From NCBI GenBank assembly GCA_965208105.1, contig OZ242318.1, positions 2,400,001 through 2,464,000 on the forward strand: a stretch of DNA of 64,000 nucleotides, read 5' to 3'. The notes under the pieces were generated by a model. It worked only from the letters and a program-made list of their open reading frames with translations. It did no database searches and was not told where the DNA came from. This stretch comes from Candidatus Latescibacterota bacterium (lineage in GTDB: Bacteria; Latescibacterota; UBA2968; UBA8231). A program made the translations under genes and the position numbers. Positions 28,283-38,354 of this stretch are shown here, piece after piece (the stretch's first letter is position 1; each line of letters starts with the position of its first letter).

Positions 28283-29275
28283 ATGCTAGGCAGGCAAATC
28301 CTGGACCTCTACCGCACGATCGTCGACTCCGACCTGCGCCAGATGCCCTTCGATGCTTCATCGCAAGAGGCTTTCCGGAGCTGGCAGACCAAAGCGCGCA
28401 GAGTGGTGCGCAAGGTCCTGGGCGAGATGCCCAGGGAGAGAGTAGATTTCGAACTGGAGCGCCGGGTGGTCGAAGAAACGGACCTCTACATCCGCGAGCG
28501 CCTTCTCTACCGGACCCGTCCCGGATTGCAGGCCTCGGCCTACCTCCTGACCCCCAGGGGCATGCGCCGTCCCGCACCCGGCATCCTCTGCATTCACGGC
28601 CACAGCAGCGGGGGCAAGGACGATTCCATCGATCCCGGGTCGATCTACCGTGGATTCGGGCGTCGCTTCGCCGAGGAGGGGTGCGTGGTCCTCTGTCCTG
28701 AACAAATCGGCTTCGGGGAGCGCGCGCTCCCCGAGGACGAGGTCACCTACAACGTCCTGGTGCACGGACTCAACATGGTGGGACACACTCTGATCGGCCT
28801 GCGCTACTGGGACCTGGTGCGGGCCCTGGACCTGCTCCAGGGGCTGGAATCCGTGGACGGGAAACGGATCGGCGCAATGGGGCTGTCGCTGGGGGGTGAG
28901 ATGTGCCTCTTCCTCGCGGGACTGCAGAAGCGGGTGCAGGCCGCATGCATCTGCGGTTACCTGAGCTCCCACCGCAGTACTTTCCTCGACCGGCCGCACT
29001 GCACCTGCGGCCACCTGCGCGACCTTGCCAGGTACTTCGAGCACGTCGACCTCGCCGCCCTCATCGCTCCCCGTCCTCTCTTCCTCGACTCCGGCAGACG
29101 CGACAAGCTCTTCCCGGTGCGCGATGCCCGGGCCCTGATACGCAATCTCCGTCCGGCCTACGACCTCTATTCCAGGCCGCGGTCCCACCTGGGCATCGAG
29201 GTCCACGACGGAGCACACGAGATCGGCGCAGTGCGCAGCATCCCCTGGATGCTGCGCCGGCTGCGGGAAATGTGA
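28283..29275 (+). CDS. Alpha/beta hydrolase (dienelactone hydrolase / acetyl xylan esterase-like)
   Basis: LCIHGH, GFGER, nucleophile GLSLGG, LIAPRPL and GAHE motifs; AGGAG RBS. Confidence 0.85.
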   Translation: MLGRQILDLYRTIVDSDLRQMPFDASSQEAFRSWQTKARRVVRKVLGEMPRERVDFELERRVVEETDLYIRERLLYRTRPGLQASAYLLTPRGMRRPAPGILCIHGHSSGGKDDSIDPGSIYRGFGRRFAEEGCVVLCPEQIGFGERALPEDEVTYNVLVHGLNMVGHTLIGLRYWDLVRALDLLQGLESVDGKRIGAMGLSLGGEMCLFLAGLQKRVQAACICGYLSSHRSTFLDRPHCTCGHLRDLARYFEHVDLAALIAPRPLFLDSGRRDKLFPVRDARALIRNLRPAYDLYSRPRSHLGIEVHDGAHEIGAVRSIPWMLRRLREM

Positions 29276-29341
29276 AAGGAATTCAGAGGCCGGCAGAGAT
29301 CTGCCTGCCGCTGCGGAGCGCAATCGGGTGCGGACCTGCAA

Positions 29342-30163
29342 TCAGATCCCGGACATGCGCTCCAGGCCGAGGAGCTGACGGCAGAGCGGCGAGCGCCGGC
29401 GCGCCCGCGCCGCCAACTCCGCAGTGGGGACGCAGGGCTCGTACTGCTTCATTCCATAGTGCGCGTAGTTGTAGAGAATCATGCGCCGGTTCCTTGTGCC
29501 TGTGTTGTCCATGGCGGTGTGCCAGATGGTCGCGTGCCAGATGAGGGCGGTACCTGCCTTGCCCACCATTTGGACGTGCCCGGGCATCTCGGTGAGAGGG
29601 TCGTATTGGGGAACGCTGTCCGCCTCGAGTTTGTGGGTTCCGGGAACCACGCTGAAAGGACCGGTCTCCGCGTCGATATCGTCGACGAAGAAAAACACCT
29701 TGAGCTTGGCGCAGGGCCTTTTACACGCCTTTGTCCGCTCCCACGCCCGGGACTCCTCGGCGCTCCATCCATGGCCGGAGTAAACCCCGACGGCGGCATC
29801 GCGGTGCCACCGCGTGTGGGTCCTGGTGCCGGCAGGCTTGACGTGCAGGGCGTTGTCGAGCATCTGGATGTCGGGACCCAGAAAGGCCAGGAGAGTGGAT
29901 ACGGTCAAGGGGTATTCCAACAGATCGAGGAAGATGTCCGCATGGGTGACTATGGGCTCGACCACGTGCGCGGTGGGACCGAGGCCATAGGGTTTGAAAT
30001 CCGGCGGCCGGTCCAGGGATTCCTTCCACGCCGGCCGCGTTTCCTCCTCGACGCGGTAGAACGTCTCCCGGACCTGGGCCAACAGCTCGCCCTGGAGGGC
30101 GTCCGGAACCATGAGATATCCCTGGGTATCCAGGAAGGCGTGCTGCTCGTCGCTCAGGCGCAT
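29342..30163 (-). CDS. Phytanoyl-CoA dioxygenase (PhyH) family protein
   Basis: WHRD Fe-binding motif, VVPGTH, distal WH and N..RR motifs. Confidence 0.88.
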   Translation of the reverse strand: MRLSDEQHAFLDTQGYLMVPDALQGELLAQVRETFYRVEEETRPAWKESLDRPPDFKPYGLGPTAHVVEPIVTHADIFLDLLEYPLTVSTLLAFLGPDIQMLDNALHVKPAGTRTHTRWHRDAAVGVYSGHGWSAEESRAWERTKACKRPCAKLKVFFFVDDIDAETGPFSVVPGTHKLEADSVPQYDPLTEMPGHVQMVGKAGTALIWHATIWHTAMDNTGTRNRRMILYNYAHYGMKQYEPCVPTAELAARARRRSPLCRQLLGLERMSGI

Positions 30164-30963
30164 GACCGGGACCGCACGTGCCGCGGACTCAGCGCCCCGG
30201 GACCGAAGATGGTGGGGAAGGTGTCGCCGTCGCGGGTCCTGGTAGCGCCTCTCGTATAACAGACGCTGAACGCGCGCCGTGGCGCACCGGTCGCGTTTGT
30301 CGCCGACCTGTGCAGCAGGTGGTTGTGCAACAGGACTGCCTCACCGGCCTGCAACTCCAGGAAAAGAGGGGCTGTCTCGGCCGTGGCCGTCCTGGCCTGT
30401 TCCTCGGTGATGAAACCTCCGGAAACTTCCGGATTGACAATGGCGAGATGTGACCTGGGAATGACCTCCAGGCAGCCGTTGCGGGCCGAGGCCGGATCGA
30501 GGGCGGTCCACACGGTGACAAGCGGGGCGTGGTTGAGAAAGGTCCAGTGGTCCTGGTGCCAGGGAAGATGAGTGCCTTTTCCAGCCGGTTTGTTCATGAA
30601 CATCGCCCTCATGCAGGAGACCGGAGTGTCGGGGCCGTAGACCCTGGCGCAGATATGGCGGAACAGGGGCCTTTGCATGTAGGACAGGAACAGCGGGTCG
30701 AACTCCAGGTCCTGGATCTTGCGATAGCTCAGGGTGGCACCCTTGTGTCCCTTGCTCTGGGGATGCATTTTGCCGCTTTCGCCGACACGGCCATCCAGTT
30801 GCATCATCGTGCGCCCGTAGTCGAGGTCCGCCCTGCCCAGCATTATGTCATCGATGCGCCGCCGAACAGCCCCCAACTCCTCCCCTCCCAGTGTCTCCCC
30901 AAGGCCAACGTATCCCTCTTCGTCGAAATGCCGCCATTGCTCCCGGCTGAGGTACTCCGCCAT
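30154..30963 (-). CDS. Phytanoyl-CoA dioxygenase (PhyH) family protein
   Basis: WHQD, WTALD, NGCL.VIP.SH and LHRS..N....RR motifs. Confidence 0.9.
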   Translation of the reverse strand: MAEYLSREQWRHFDEEGYVGLGETLGGEELGAVRRRIDDIMLGRADLDYGRTMMQLDGRVGESGKMHPQSKGHKGATLSYRKIQDLEFDPLFLSYMQRPLFRHICARVYGPDTPVSCMRAMFMNKPAGKGTHLPWHQDHWTFLNHAPLVTVWTALDPASARNGCLEVIPRSHLAIVNPEVSGGFITEEQARTATAETAPLFLELQAGEAVLLHNHLLHRSATNATGAPRRAFSVCYTRGATRTRDGDTFPTIFGPGALSPRHVRSRSCA

Positions 30964-31052
30964 GGCTTTGCCTTCCTCCATTCAACTTTCCTGTTTCCGG
31001 GCTTCCAAAATATGCAAAAGAGGAAACGGGTATCGATCCCCTGGCCAGCGCC

Positions 31053-31730
31053 TCATAGAGGCAGGCACGGCCAATCTTCCCATCCTTCCCCTCTCTGGAT
31101 GCAGAGGAGAAGGTCGCCCTGCCCGACCCTGATTTCCACCGGGTTGTCAACCACCTCGTTGGAGATTCCATCGCGGACCCCCGGGCTCAGGGTCTCTCCA
31201 CGCAGTGGGAATTTGAGCCCCCTGGTCTCGATTCCACTCACCGGACCCGAGAGGGGGCAGAGGGAAAGCTTCCGGCCTACCGCGGCCCTGAAGCGGATGT
31301 ATTCGCCGACCAAGCGGGAATCGCAATGATCATCCAATATCCGCAGTTGCAGCCGATTCCCGAACGTCACCAGGAGGCTGAGATTCCATAGAACGTGGTC
31401 GATCCTGCCGCCCGTTACTCCCACCATCACCGCCCTGGTGACCCCTAGGTCTCCAAGGTGGTCCAGGACCTTGTAGAGATCCGTGCTGGTGTCGTCTGCA
31501 TCAATCCGGATGACGCGCCCGGCCTCCACTCCCGACCGGGCATTTTCATCCAATGAATCCAGGTCGCCGATTACGTAGTCGGGGGCATAGCCGTATCCAA
31601 CCGCGGTGTTGGCGCCTCCATCGGCGCAAACCAGCAAGGGTCCCTTTTGCATGAGGCGGTCGAAGAGGGTTCTGGAAGGAGGTTCGCCGTTGCCGAGGAT
31701 CAGCGCCTGGATCTTGTTGTGGCTCAACAT
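31053..31730 (-). CDS. thiN: Thiamine diphosphokinase
   Basis: CADGGAN, PDYVIGDLDS, STD, GGRIDH, GLKFPL and GISNE motifs. Confidence 0.92.
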   Translation of the reverse strand: MLSHNKIQALILGNGEPPSRTLFDRLMQKGPLLVCADGGANTAVGYGYAPDYVIGDLDSLDENARSGVEAGRVIRIDADDTSTDLYKVLDHLGDLGVTRAVMVGVTGGRIDHVLWNLSLLVTFGNRLQLRILDDHCDSRLVGEYIRFRAAVGRKLSLCPLSGPVSGIETRGLKFPLRGETLSPGVRDGISNEVVDNPVEIRVGQGDLLLCIQRGEGWEDWPCLPL

Positions 31731-31924
31731 GTGGCCCCGATGACCTGGAGGTCGCGCAGGTGATCCAATATAATTACCGGCAATTCAGGTGACAATCCTT
31801 GTGGCCCGGCAGCCCGTTCATCTTGGCTGCGCTTTCGCCTCCAACTATCTTCTTCCGGGCTTCTCCCCGCTCCAATCAGCACGCCGCCGCGCCGCCCGGG
31901 CGGGGCCCGGCGAAAGGAGTCCGA

Positions 31925-32692
31925 TTGAACAGCACGAATTTCTGGCCCGCGTCCATTCAAGGGGCGGTCAGCCTCACCTTCGACGACGGCTGCCAGTCTC
32001 AGCTGGACAATGCCATCCCCTGTCTCGACGACGCCGGCCTGCGCGGCACCTTCTACGTAAATCCCGGCCGCTCTCCGGGGTGGGAGCGGAACCTCGAAGG
32101 CTGGAGGCTGGCCTGCATCAAGGGCCACGAGATCGGCAACCATACCACCGAACATCCCTGCTCCTGCAACTACGGCTTCCGTCCGGATGGCTATTGCCTG
32201 GAAAATCTGACCTTCGCCGACATGGAAGAAACCATCGACGCGGCGACAGCGGAGCTCGACCGCCTCTTTCCGGAACAGCGGGGCAGGAGGACCTTCAGCT
32301 ACCCCTGCTACCAGACCTACGTGGGCGCCGGGGAAAACCGCCGGTCCTATGTCCCTCTGGTTGCACGGCGCTTCAAAGCCGCCCGCGGGCGCGGAGAACG
32401 TCCCAACGATCCAGCGGTCATCGATCTTTCATATACCTGGTCCTACGTGATGGAAGGAAGCATGTGCGAGGAGGTGATCGACTATATCGAGGGAGCGATG
32501 GAGCGGGGGCAATGGGCCATAGTCTGCATGCACGGCGTGGGCGCAGATCACATCTCCACCGAGATGGAGGCGTTCCGCCGAATGGTCCTCCACTTGGACC
32601 GAAACAGGGATCGCATCTGGACCGGCACCATGCTCAGTGTGGCAGAATACGTCCTCGCGCGGAGGTCGGGGTTGGCGGCCGGGAATCATTGA
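31925..32692 (+). CDS. Polysaccharide deacetylase (NodB/CE4) family protein
   Basis: SLTFDDG, GHEIGNHT..H and FSYP motifs; TTG start after AAGGAG. Confidence 0.88.
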   Translation: MNSTNFWPASIQGAVSLTFDDGCQSQLDNAIPCLDDAGLRGTFYVNPGRSPGWERNLEGWRLACIKGHEIGNHTTEHPCSCNYGFRPDGYCLENLTFADMEETIDAATAELDRLFPEQRGRRTFSYPCYQTYVGAGENRRSYVPLVARRFKAARGRGERPNDPAVIDLSYTWSYVMEGSMCEEVIDYIEGAMERGQWAIVCMHGVGADHISTEMEAFRRMVLHLDRNRDRIWTGTMLSVAEYVLARRSGLAAGNH

Positions 32693-32942
32693 CCGCGGCC
32701 AACGGGCACCCAACCTGTGGCACCCTCGCCTTCCCCTTCCAGACCGGTCAGCCCTTGAGCGGAGGACATGACCGGATCATTTCTGCCCGGTCTGTATTGG
32801 CCACTACACGAAGAATGTGAATGGTACGGCACACCGGCCGTCTCGCCCACCCTTCCGGCCATCCCCTCCAAAAATTCGCGTCCCCTCCTGAACCGCGGGA
32901 TTTTGTCTCCTGAACCTCTGCCTGGTCTCTGCACCCGGAGAT

Positions 32943-32958
32943 TGGTACGGAGGTTGCT
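32943..32958 (+). promoter_or_regulatory. Putative sigma-54 (-24/-12) promoter
   Basis: TGGTACGGAGGTTGCT matches TGGYAYR-N4-TTGCW, about 90 bp upstream of the HlyD-like gene. Confidence 0.55.
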
Positions 32959-33050
32959 GCTGACACCCCTCAGGGGCAGGCGATGCAACAGTTCCGCCAG
33001 GGGAAACGAGAGGCGGAGGGCAGGCCGGCTACGGGAGGAGGATCGTCATC

Positions 33051-34232
33051 GTGAAAATTGATCGCGGCGGAATGGATGGGCCGGCAGACCTGGCCGGCGG
33101 CATGGGATTCGGGTTTGTACGCCGGTTTTTGCAATCGATCCTCCTGGGGGTACTGGCATTGGGGACAGCGGGCGGGCTGTTGAGCTGGTACTTCGGAATG
33201 GATGTGTGCGTGGAGGGCGAAGGCGTGGTCGAGCCCCGGAGCCGGCGACTGGTAAAGACCGAGATCAGTGGAATCGTTCGCGAGATCATCGCAGGACAGG
33301 GACAGCAGGTCGGCGCGGGCCAGCGGCTGGTGGTGCTGGACGGCGAGGAGTGGCAAACCGAACTGCGGAAGGTGGAGAAGGACCTCGAGGTCAACGACAG
33401 CCGCAGAGCGGAAATCGAGATTGGAATCCAGCGCGAGAAGGCCATTCGCCGCGCCGAGGTCGCAATGGTTCGCCTGGAAAGGGAGTTGGTGGCCCTGCAA
33501 TTGGAGCAGGTCCGAGCCGAGCAGAATCTATATGCCGGTGCGAGTTCCCTCATTGCCCGGCTGACCAGGAAACCCCTGGAAGAACTGCTGCCCGTACGCC
33601 GGAGCAAGGCCGTCCTGGATCAGAAGGAGGCTGAGTTGCGCCTCAGCGCCCAACGGCTGCTGGCCGTGGAAGGCCGCCGCCAGGAGATCCGCACGCTGGA
33701 GCGATTGCACGAGAAGTTGCTTCAGGACAGGTCGCTGCTGCAGTACAGACTGGCTCGCACAGTCATCCGCGCGCCGGTGGCCGGCACCGTGCTCACCGGA
33801 GATCTGCAAAAGCGGCGCGGAGACCGGGTGCAGGCGGGAGAGGCCTTGCTCGAATTGGCCGAGTTGAACGGATGGCAGGCAGAAATCGTGGTCCAGGAAG
33901 CAGACCTGCCCAAGGTGCGGGTCGGCCAGAAGGTGAAACTGTACATCGATGCCTTTCCACACATGGAATACAAGGTATTTTCCGGCGGAGTGAATGGAGT
34001 CTCGATCGAGCCGATGGCGGGCGGAAGAGGTTATCCGGTAGTTGTCTCAATTGCCGACCCCGAAGTCGGGAACGCAGGGAAGATTTACTCGCTGGCTTAT
34101 GGCATGAGCGTGAATGCCCGCATTATCGTTGATCGGGGGCGGATCGCGGCGCTTCTGTGGAGCAGGATCATGCGCAGCCTGGGACATATCGCACAGCACG
34201 ATTTCCACACCAACGAAGCAGATGGATATTGA
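33051..34232 (+). CDS. HlyD-family periplasmic adaptor (membrane fusion protein)
   Basis: N-terminal TM helix, lipoyl half-motifs (GIVREI...GQQV..GQ.L and IRAPVAGTV), long coiled coil and DAFP..EY..F.G.V. Confidence 0.88.
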   Translation: MKIDRGGMDGPADLAGGMGFGFVRRFLQSILLGVLALGTAGGLLSWYFGMDVCVEGEGVVEPRSRRLVKTEISGIVREIIAGQGQQVGAGQRLVVLDGEEWQTELRKVEKDLEVNDSRRAEIEIGIQREKAIRRAEVAMVRLERELVALQLEQVRAEQNLYAGASSLIARLTRKPLEELLPVRRSKAVLDQKEAELRLSAQRLLAVEGRRQEIRTLERLHEKLLQDRSLLQYRLARTVIRAPVAGTVLTGDLQKRRGDRVQAGEALLELAELNGWQAEIVVQEADLPKVRVGQKVKLYIDAFPHMEYKVFSGGVNGVSIEPMAGGRGYPVVVSIADPEVGNAGKIYSLAYGMSVNARIIVDRGRIAALLWSRIMRSLGHIAQHDFHTNEADGY

Positions 34233-34336
34233 GGGGGGTTCTTGACTGCGGTTGTCCGCTTGATTATTAAATGGGTTGCCGCGGACAACTGCGCGATCCG
34301 CAAACGCAACAATCCGAAGTCCCAAGGAGACCTCAC

Positions 34337-35284
34337 ATGGAGAATTTGCGGGTGTCTATCCCAATAGCGGCACTGCCGCTGCTTTACTTGCTGGTTTTCG
34401 TGGCTCCTGCACACCCGGCCGAAACCCCCGAGACCATACTGATACGCAAAGTCATCAACACGGAAAAGTTCGGCAAGCGCACCGGTGATGCGGAAGTCAT
34501 CCTTCCCCATTACGCCAGGGACATGGCGGTCTACGAAGGCCACAACACCATCGATCCGCGCGGCTGGTCCGTCCTCCACGAAGACTATCCTTCTTTCGAG
34601 CGGAATCTCCAGGAGGATCTGCTTATCCATCGCTACGACACCGAGCGCACCGTACCCTTCATTCTCGCCCGCGAGGAGGGCACCGAGAAGAAGGCCATCG
34701 TGACCACCATCGACTCGGGCGTGGTGATCAATCGCCAGACGGGCGAAACCCGGCCCCTGAGATCGGAGCGCCTCTGGTTCTTCACCAAACTCGATGACGA
34801 ATGGAAGGTATCCGGCTATGTTCAGAACCTTGGAGATTCTACCTCCATAGGCGTGACGCGCCCCTCCGATTCAGATGACGAAATCGCCGACCTGCTCGAT
34901 CGCGAAAGGGAAGGCTGGGAAAACGGCGACAGCGGCAGCATCGTCGGTTTCTGCGATAATACCTTCACCGCCTACAACGGAAACGATAAAATCCTGCCGG
35001 CCTCCTGGAAGATTCTGTTCAACGATCCGGAAGAGTTGAAGGAATGGCTGGACAAACGCCTGCGCAACGCGGAATACAAGATCGACCGGCAGGTCGTCCA
35101 TACCAGCCTGAGCGAGGGAGGCAGGGAGGCCCTGGCCCTGACCAGGGAGTCCATCTCCGCCACCTACGAAGTCGGCCCTGCCGCCCACGAGCTGGAGCGC
35201 TACGTGCTGTGGATTTTGACCCGCCGCAGCGGCGATTGGCGCATAACCCACCTGGTCTACAACATCGGGCTGCCCCTGGAATAA
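34337..35284 (+). CDS. Exported protein with two tandem NTF2/SnoaL-like domains
   Basis: Signal peptide; internal duplication (VYEGHNTIDPRGWSVL vs AYNGNDKILPASWKIL; DDEWKVS vs GDWRIT). Confidence 0.65.
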   Translation: MENLRVSIPIAALPLLYLLVFVAPAHPAETPETILIRKVINTEKFGKRTGDAEVILPHYARDMAVYEGHNTIDPRGWSVLHEDYPSFERNLQEDLLIHRYDTERTVPFILAREEGTEKKAIVTTIDSGVVINRQTGETRPLRSERLWFFTKLDDEWKVSGYVQNLGDSTSIGVTRPSDSDDEIADLLDREREGWENGDSGSIVGFCDNTFTAYNGNDKILPASWKILFNDPEELKEWLDKRLRNAEYKIDRQVVHTSLSEGGREALALTRESISATYEVGPAAHELERYVLWILTRRSGDWRITHLVYNIGLPLE

Positions 35285-35315
35285 TCGCAGGGAATTTCTC
35301 CCGGCATACAGAAAT

Positions 35316-38300
35316 TCACCTGTAAGATTGCCCCAGGGCGTCGCGAAAAATGGCGGCGGCATCCCCGGGGAGTGAGCGCTGTGTGGCCAGGCGCGGGTCG
35401 GAGAGATTGAGCGCGGCCCGGGGACCGTACTGGAGAATGAGCTGGGCCGTGGCGCAAATTGCCTTATTTCCCGGGTCCGTTGCCGCCGCCTTGCGGCCGG
35501 CACCGGTCCGGGCGGCGGCGACCATCGCACTGGCCAGAGCCGGCAGGGACAGGAGGTCCGGTTCAATGCCGAAAGCGCGAAGGACGTTCAGAATCTCCGC
35601 GGCGCCCAGGGTCTGCAGGGCAAGGTGGCGAACGGGGCGGGCCGGGTCCGCCTCCAAGCCCTGGACCAGCTCCCGGCACAGGACATCTACGGGAGCGAAT
35701 TGCCAGGCCCAGTCTCCCTCCGGGAACACCCCCGCTGCTGCAAAGGCCCGCGTGGCCGTCGTCAGGCGGTCCTGACCATCGGTGGCTCCCCCCACGGAGT
35801 GACCGAGAATGTGGGGGACGCGCACGACGGACACGGGCAGACCCCGTTCAAAGGCGCTCCAGACCAGGAGCTCGGCCCCGAACTTGGAAAGCGAGTAGCC
35901 GTCAGCTCCAGAAGTCTCCAGGTCGGCCGCCAGGGACTTCATGGCCTCCACCCCGAAAGTCTCTTGCGGCCACAGGGCCTGACTTCCCAGTGGGAAGACC
36001 GCGCTCGACGAAACGCAGTGCACCGGCGTGCCGCACTCAAGGGCGAGCCGCATGACCTCGCGGGTGCCTCCCACGTTGACGGGTTCGAGGTCTCCGTACG
36101 AGGCAAATACATCGAGATCGGCGGCGAGGTGAAAAATTGCGTCGACCTCCCTGCCCAGGGATGCAAAGGCCGCGGGGGTGAGGCCCATCAACTCCTTCGC
36201 CAGGTCGATGGGAATCGCCTCCACGCGTCGAAACAGGTCCCGCCCGGGAACATCGGGTCCCTCGCAGCGATCCAGGGCTTCTCGCAGGCGCCGGCGGGGG
36301 TTGCGGCCGCCTCCTGCCCGGACCGCAGCCACGACGTGCGCGGAGGTCTCCCGCAGAAGGGCATGCACCAGGGACCTCCCCAGAAGTCCCGTCGCGCCCG
36401 TCACCAGGATGTTGCCTGGAGGAGTTCGATGACCCCGAACAATGGCGGCAGCGGCTGGGGCGCCCAGCTCGGGCAGGCGCCAGTCCGGCCGCAAGCGCAG
36501 GGCTCGCCGTTTCTGCAGATGGCGCGCCAGGCTCGACGGCGTGGGATGGAGATAGATGTCGCGAACCGGTACGCAGCGTCCGGTCCTGTGATGCAAAATT
36601 CCGCAAAGCCTGATCGCTCTCAGCGAGTGACCGCCCCTTGCATGGAAGTCGTCCCCCATTCCCACCGTCGCATCGTCCAGGGCCTCCCTGAAGGAAGACA
36701 GAACCTGCCCCTGGAGATCGTCCGGCGGCGATCCTGCCTCCGCAGGCGCGGACGACCTCTGTCCGGATGCCCGCAACCTCCTGCGATCGATTTTTCCCGA
36801 GGGCAGGAGGGGAAATCGGGCGACGGAAATGAAACGGTCGGGCAGGCTCCGTGCGGGCAATCGAGACGCGGCGAATGAGCGCAAGTCCGAAGCCAGGTCC
36901 TCCCCTTCCAGGTCGCCTCGCGGGGTCGTGACGAAGGCCACCAACTCCGTCTGGCCGCGCTGTCCGGTCCCGGCCGTGACGCAGGCCTGCCGCACCTTCG
37001 GGTGCCGCGCCACCACTCCTTCCACCACCGCCGGCTCCACCCACGAACCGCGGATCTTGACACCGCTGTCGCAACGCCCCAGAATCTCCAGCTCCCCGCC
37101 GGGATGAAACCTGCCCAGGTCGCCGGTATCGAAGACGCGGGTGCGGCGGCGCCCCCCTGAGGCGGCCGGCAGCTCGACCTCCAGAAAGCCTTCCAAGCCG
37201 GCCCCGGAGGCGTGGCCAGGACCCCGCGCCAGGGCGCTTCCCCCCACCAGAACCCTGCCTTCACTTCCCACCTCCACCAAGCGGTGAGGACGGCCCGGGT
37301 CGCAGATATGCACTTCGGCGAAGTCGGCGACTATACCGCAGGTTACGGCCTGGCCAGGTCTGAGTTCCCCGGCGGCGATGTCGTGACATTCGGCGGTCGA
37401 GTAGAGATTGGCGATGCGGACCCGCGGCAACACTTCCCAGGCCCGGTCCATGAGGACCGGTGTTACGGCTTCGCCGCAGAGGCCGAGCAAACGCAGGCGC
37501 CGCAGGGCCTCGATGCCCTCGGCGCAGTCCAGGCAGGCGTCCAGCAACGTCGGGGTCATCATGATCCGGGTTATGCCGAAGCGGGTGATGGCGGACGCCA
37601 GTGCGAATGGATCGCGCATGGTCTCGTCGCCGATCAGGACCACCGGGGTATTGCGGCAAAGCGCCGGCACCGCGTCCCAGATGCCGAAGATATTGCAGCC
37701 CACCACGTCTTCCACGGGATCGTAGGGCCAGAGCCGGCTGCGCCAACCATGGGACAGCACCGACCCCGCGTGATCGGTCTCGACCATCCGCGGGATTCCC
37801 GCCCCGCTGCCCGAGGTTAATGCGAGGTGCGCCGCCCGCAGCGGATCGGGGGTGGGAAAGTTCGAATGGATTTCTTCCCGTGGGTCCTCTTCCCCGCACC
37901 ACAACGTTGCCGTTCCCTTCCTGTGAGAGACGGGCAAAGCCGGGGCGAACTTCCTGGAGACCGCAAGGACTCCGAAAGGGGCGCGGGCGAAAATCTGCTC
38001 CATGACCGGCGCCGGATATGGTTCCAGGGGAACGTAGGCCAGCCCCGCCTTCAGGCAGGCAAAGTAGCTGACGATTTTCTCGGTGTTGTTCTCGAGGAGG
38101 ACGCCGGCGGCATCCCCGCCCTGGCCGCCCTGACAGTGCTGCAGAAGGGCGGAGGCGCGGGACTCGATGGCGTTGCGCAGCGCGGCATAGGTCAGGTAGC
38201 CGTTCTCGTCGACGAGGATTGCCCTTTGGGGAGTGCGGTCAGCCTGTGACTCGAGTGTGAGGTGGATACATTCGAGGGAAGCGCTGTCCGCGGCCCGCGG

Positions 38301-38354
38301 TGGGCGGACGCGCTGATACCAGTCCAGGGCGGTGCTGGACAAAGTCGGGGACAT
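35316..38354 (-). CDS. Standalone NRPS-like adenylation-thiolation-reductase (A-T-R) enzyme
   Basis: A-domain motifs TGDLG, GR.D..VKIRG and PSGKIDR; PCP GGHSL; reductase VTGATGLLG and YSLSK. Confidence 0.88.
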   Translation of the reverse strand: MSPTLSSTALDWYQRVRPPRAADSASLECIHLTLESQADRTPQRAILVDENGYLTYAALRNAIESRASALLQHCQGGQGGDAAGVLLENNTEKIVSYFACLKAGLAYVPLEPYPAPVMEQIFARAPFGVLAVSRKFAPALPVSHRKGTATLWCGEEDPREEIHSNFPTPDPLRAAHLALTSGSGAGIPRMVETDHAGSVLSHGWRSRLWPYDPVEDVVGCNIFGIWDAVPALCRNTPVVLIGDETMRDPFALASAITRFGITRIMMTPTLLDACLDCAEGIEALRRLRLLGLCGEAVTPVLMDRAWEVLPRVRIANLYSTAECHDIAAGELRPGQAVTCGIVADFAEVHICDPGRPHRLVEVGSEGRVLVGGSALARGPGHASGAGLEGFLEVELPAASGGRRRTRVFDTGDLGRFHPGGELEILGRCDSGVKIRGSWVEPAVVEGVVARHPKVRQACVTAGTGQRGQTELVAFVTTPRGDLEGEDLASDLRSFAASRLPARSLPDRFISVARFPLLPSGKIDRRRLRASGQRSSAPAEAGSPPDDLQGQVLSSFREALDDATVGMGDDFHARGGHSLRAIRLCGILHHRTGRCVPVRDIYLHPTPSSLARHLQKRRALRLRPDWRLPELGAPAAAAIVRGHRTPPGNILVTGATGLLGRSLVHALLRETSAHVVAAVRAGGGRNPRRRLREALDRCEGPDVPGRDLFRRVEAIPIDLAKELMGLTPAAFASLGREVDAIFHLAADLDVFASYGDLEPVNVGGTREVMRLALECGTPVHCVSSSAVFPLGSQALWPQETFGVEAMKSLAADLETSGADGYSLSKFGAELLVWSAFERGLPVSVVRVPHILGHSVGGATDGQDRLTTATRAFAAAGVFPEGDWAWQFAPVDVLCRELVQGLEADPARPVRHLALQTLGAAEILNVLRAFGIEPDLLSLPALASAMVAAARTGAGRKAAATDPGNKAICATAQLILQYGPRAALNLSDPRLATQRSLPGDAAAIFRDALGQSYR

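Noticed and set aside
32768-33061. 97-aa ORF with GGAGGA RBS as a possible exported peptide precursor for the HlyD gene
   Set aside because: No leader or double-glycine motif, Pro/Arg-rich non-coding-like composition, and it spans the putative sigma-54 promoter.
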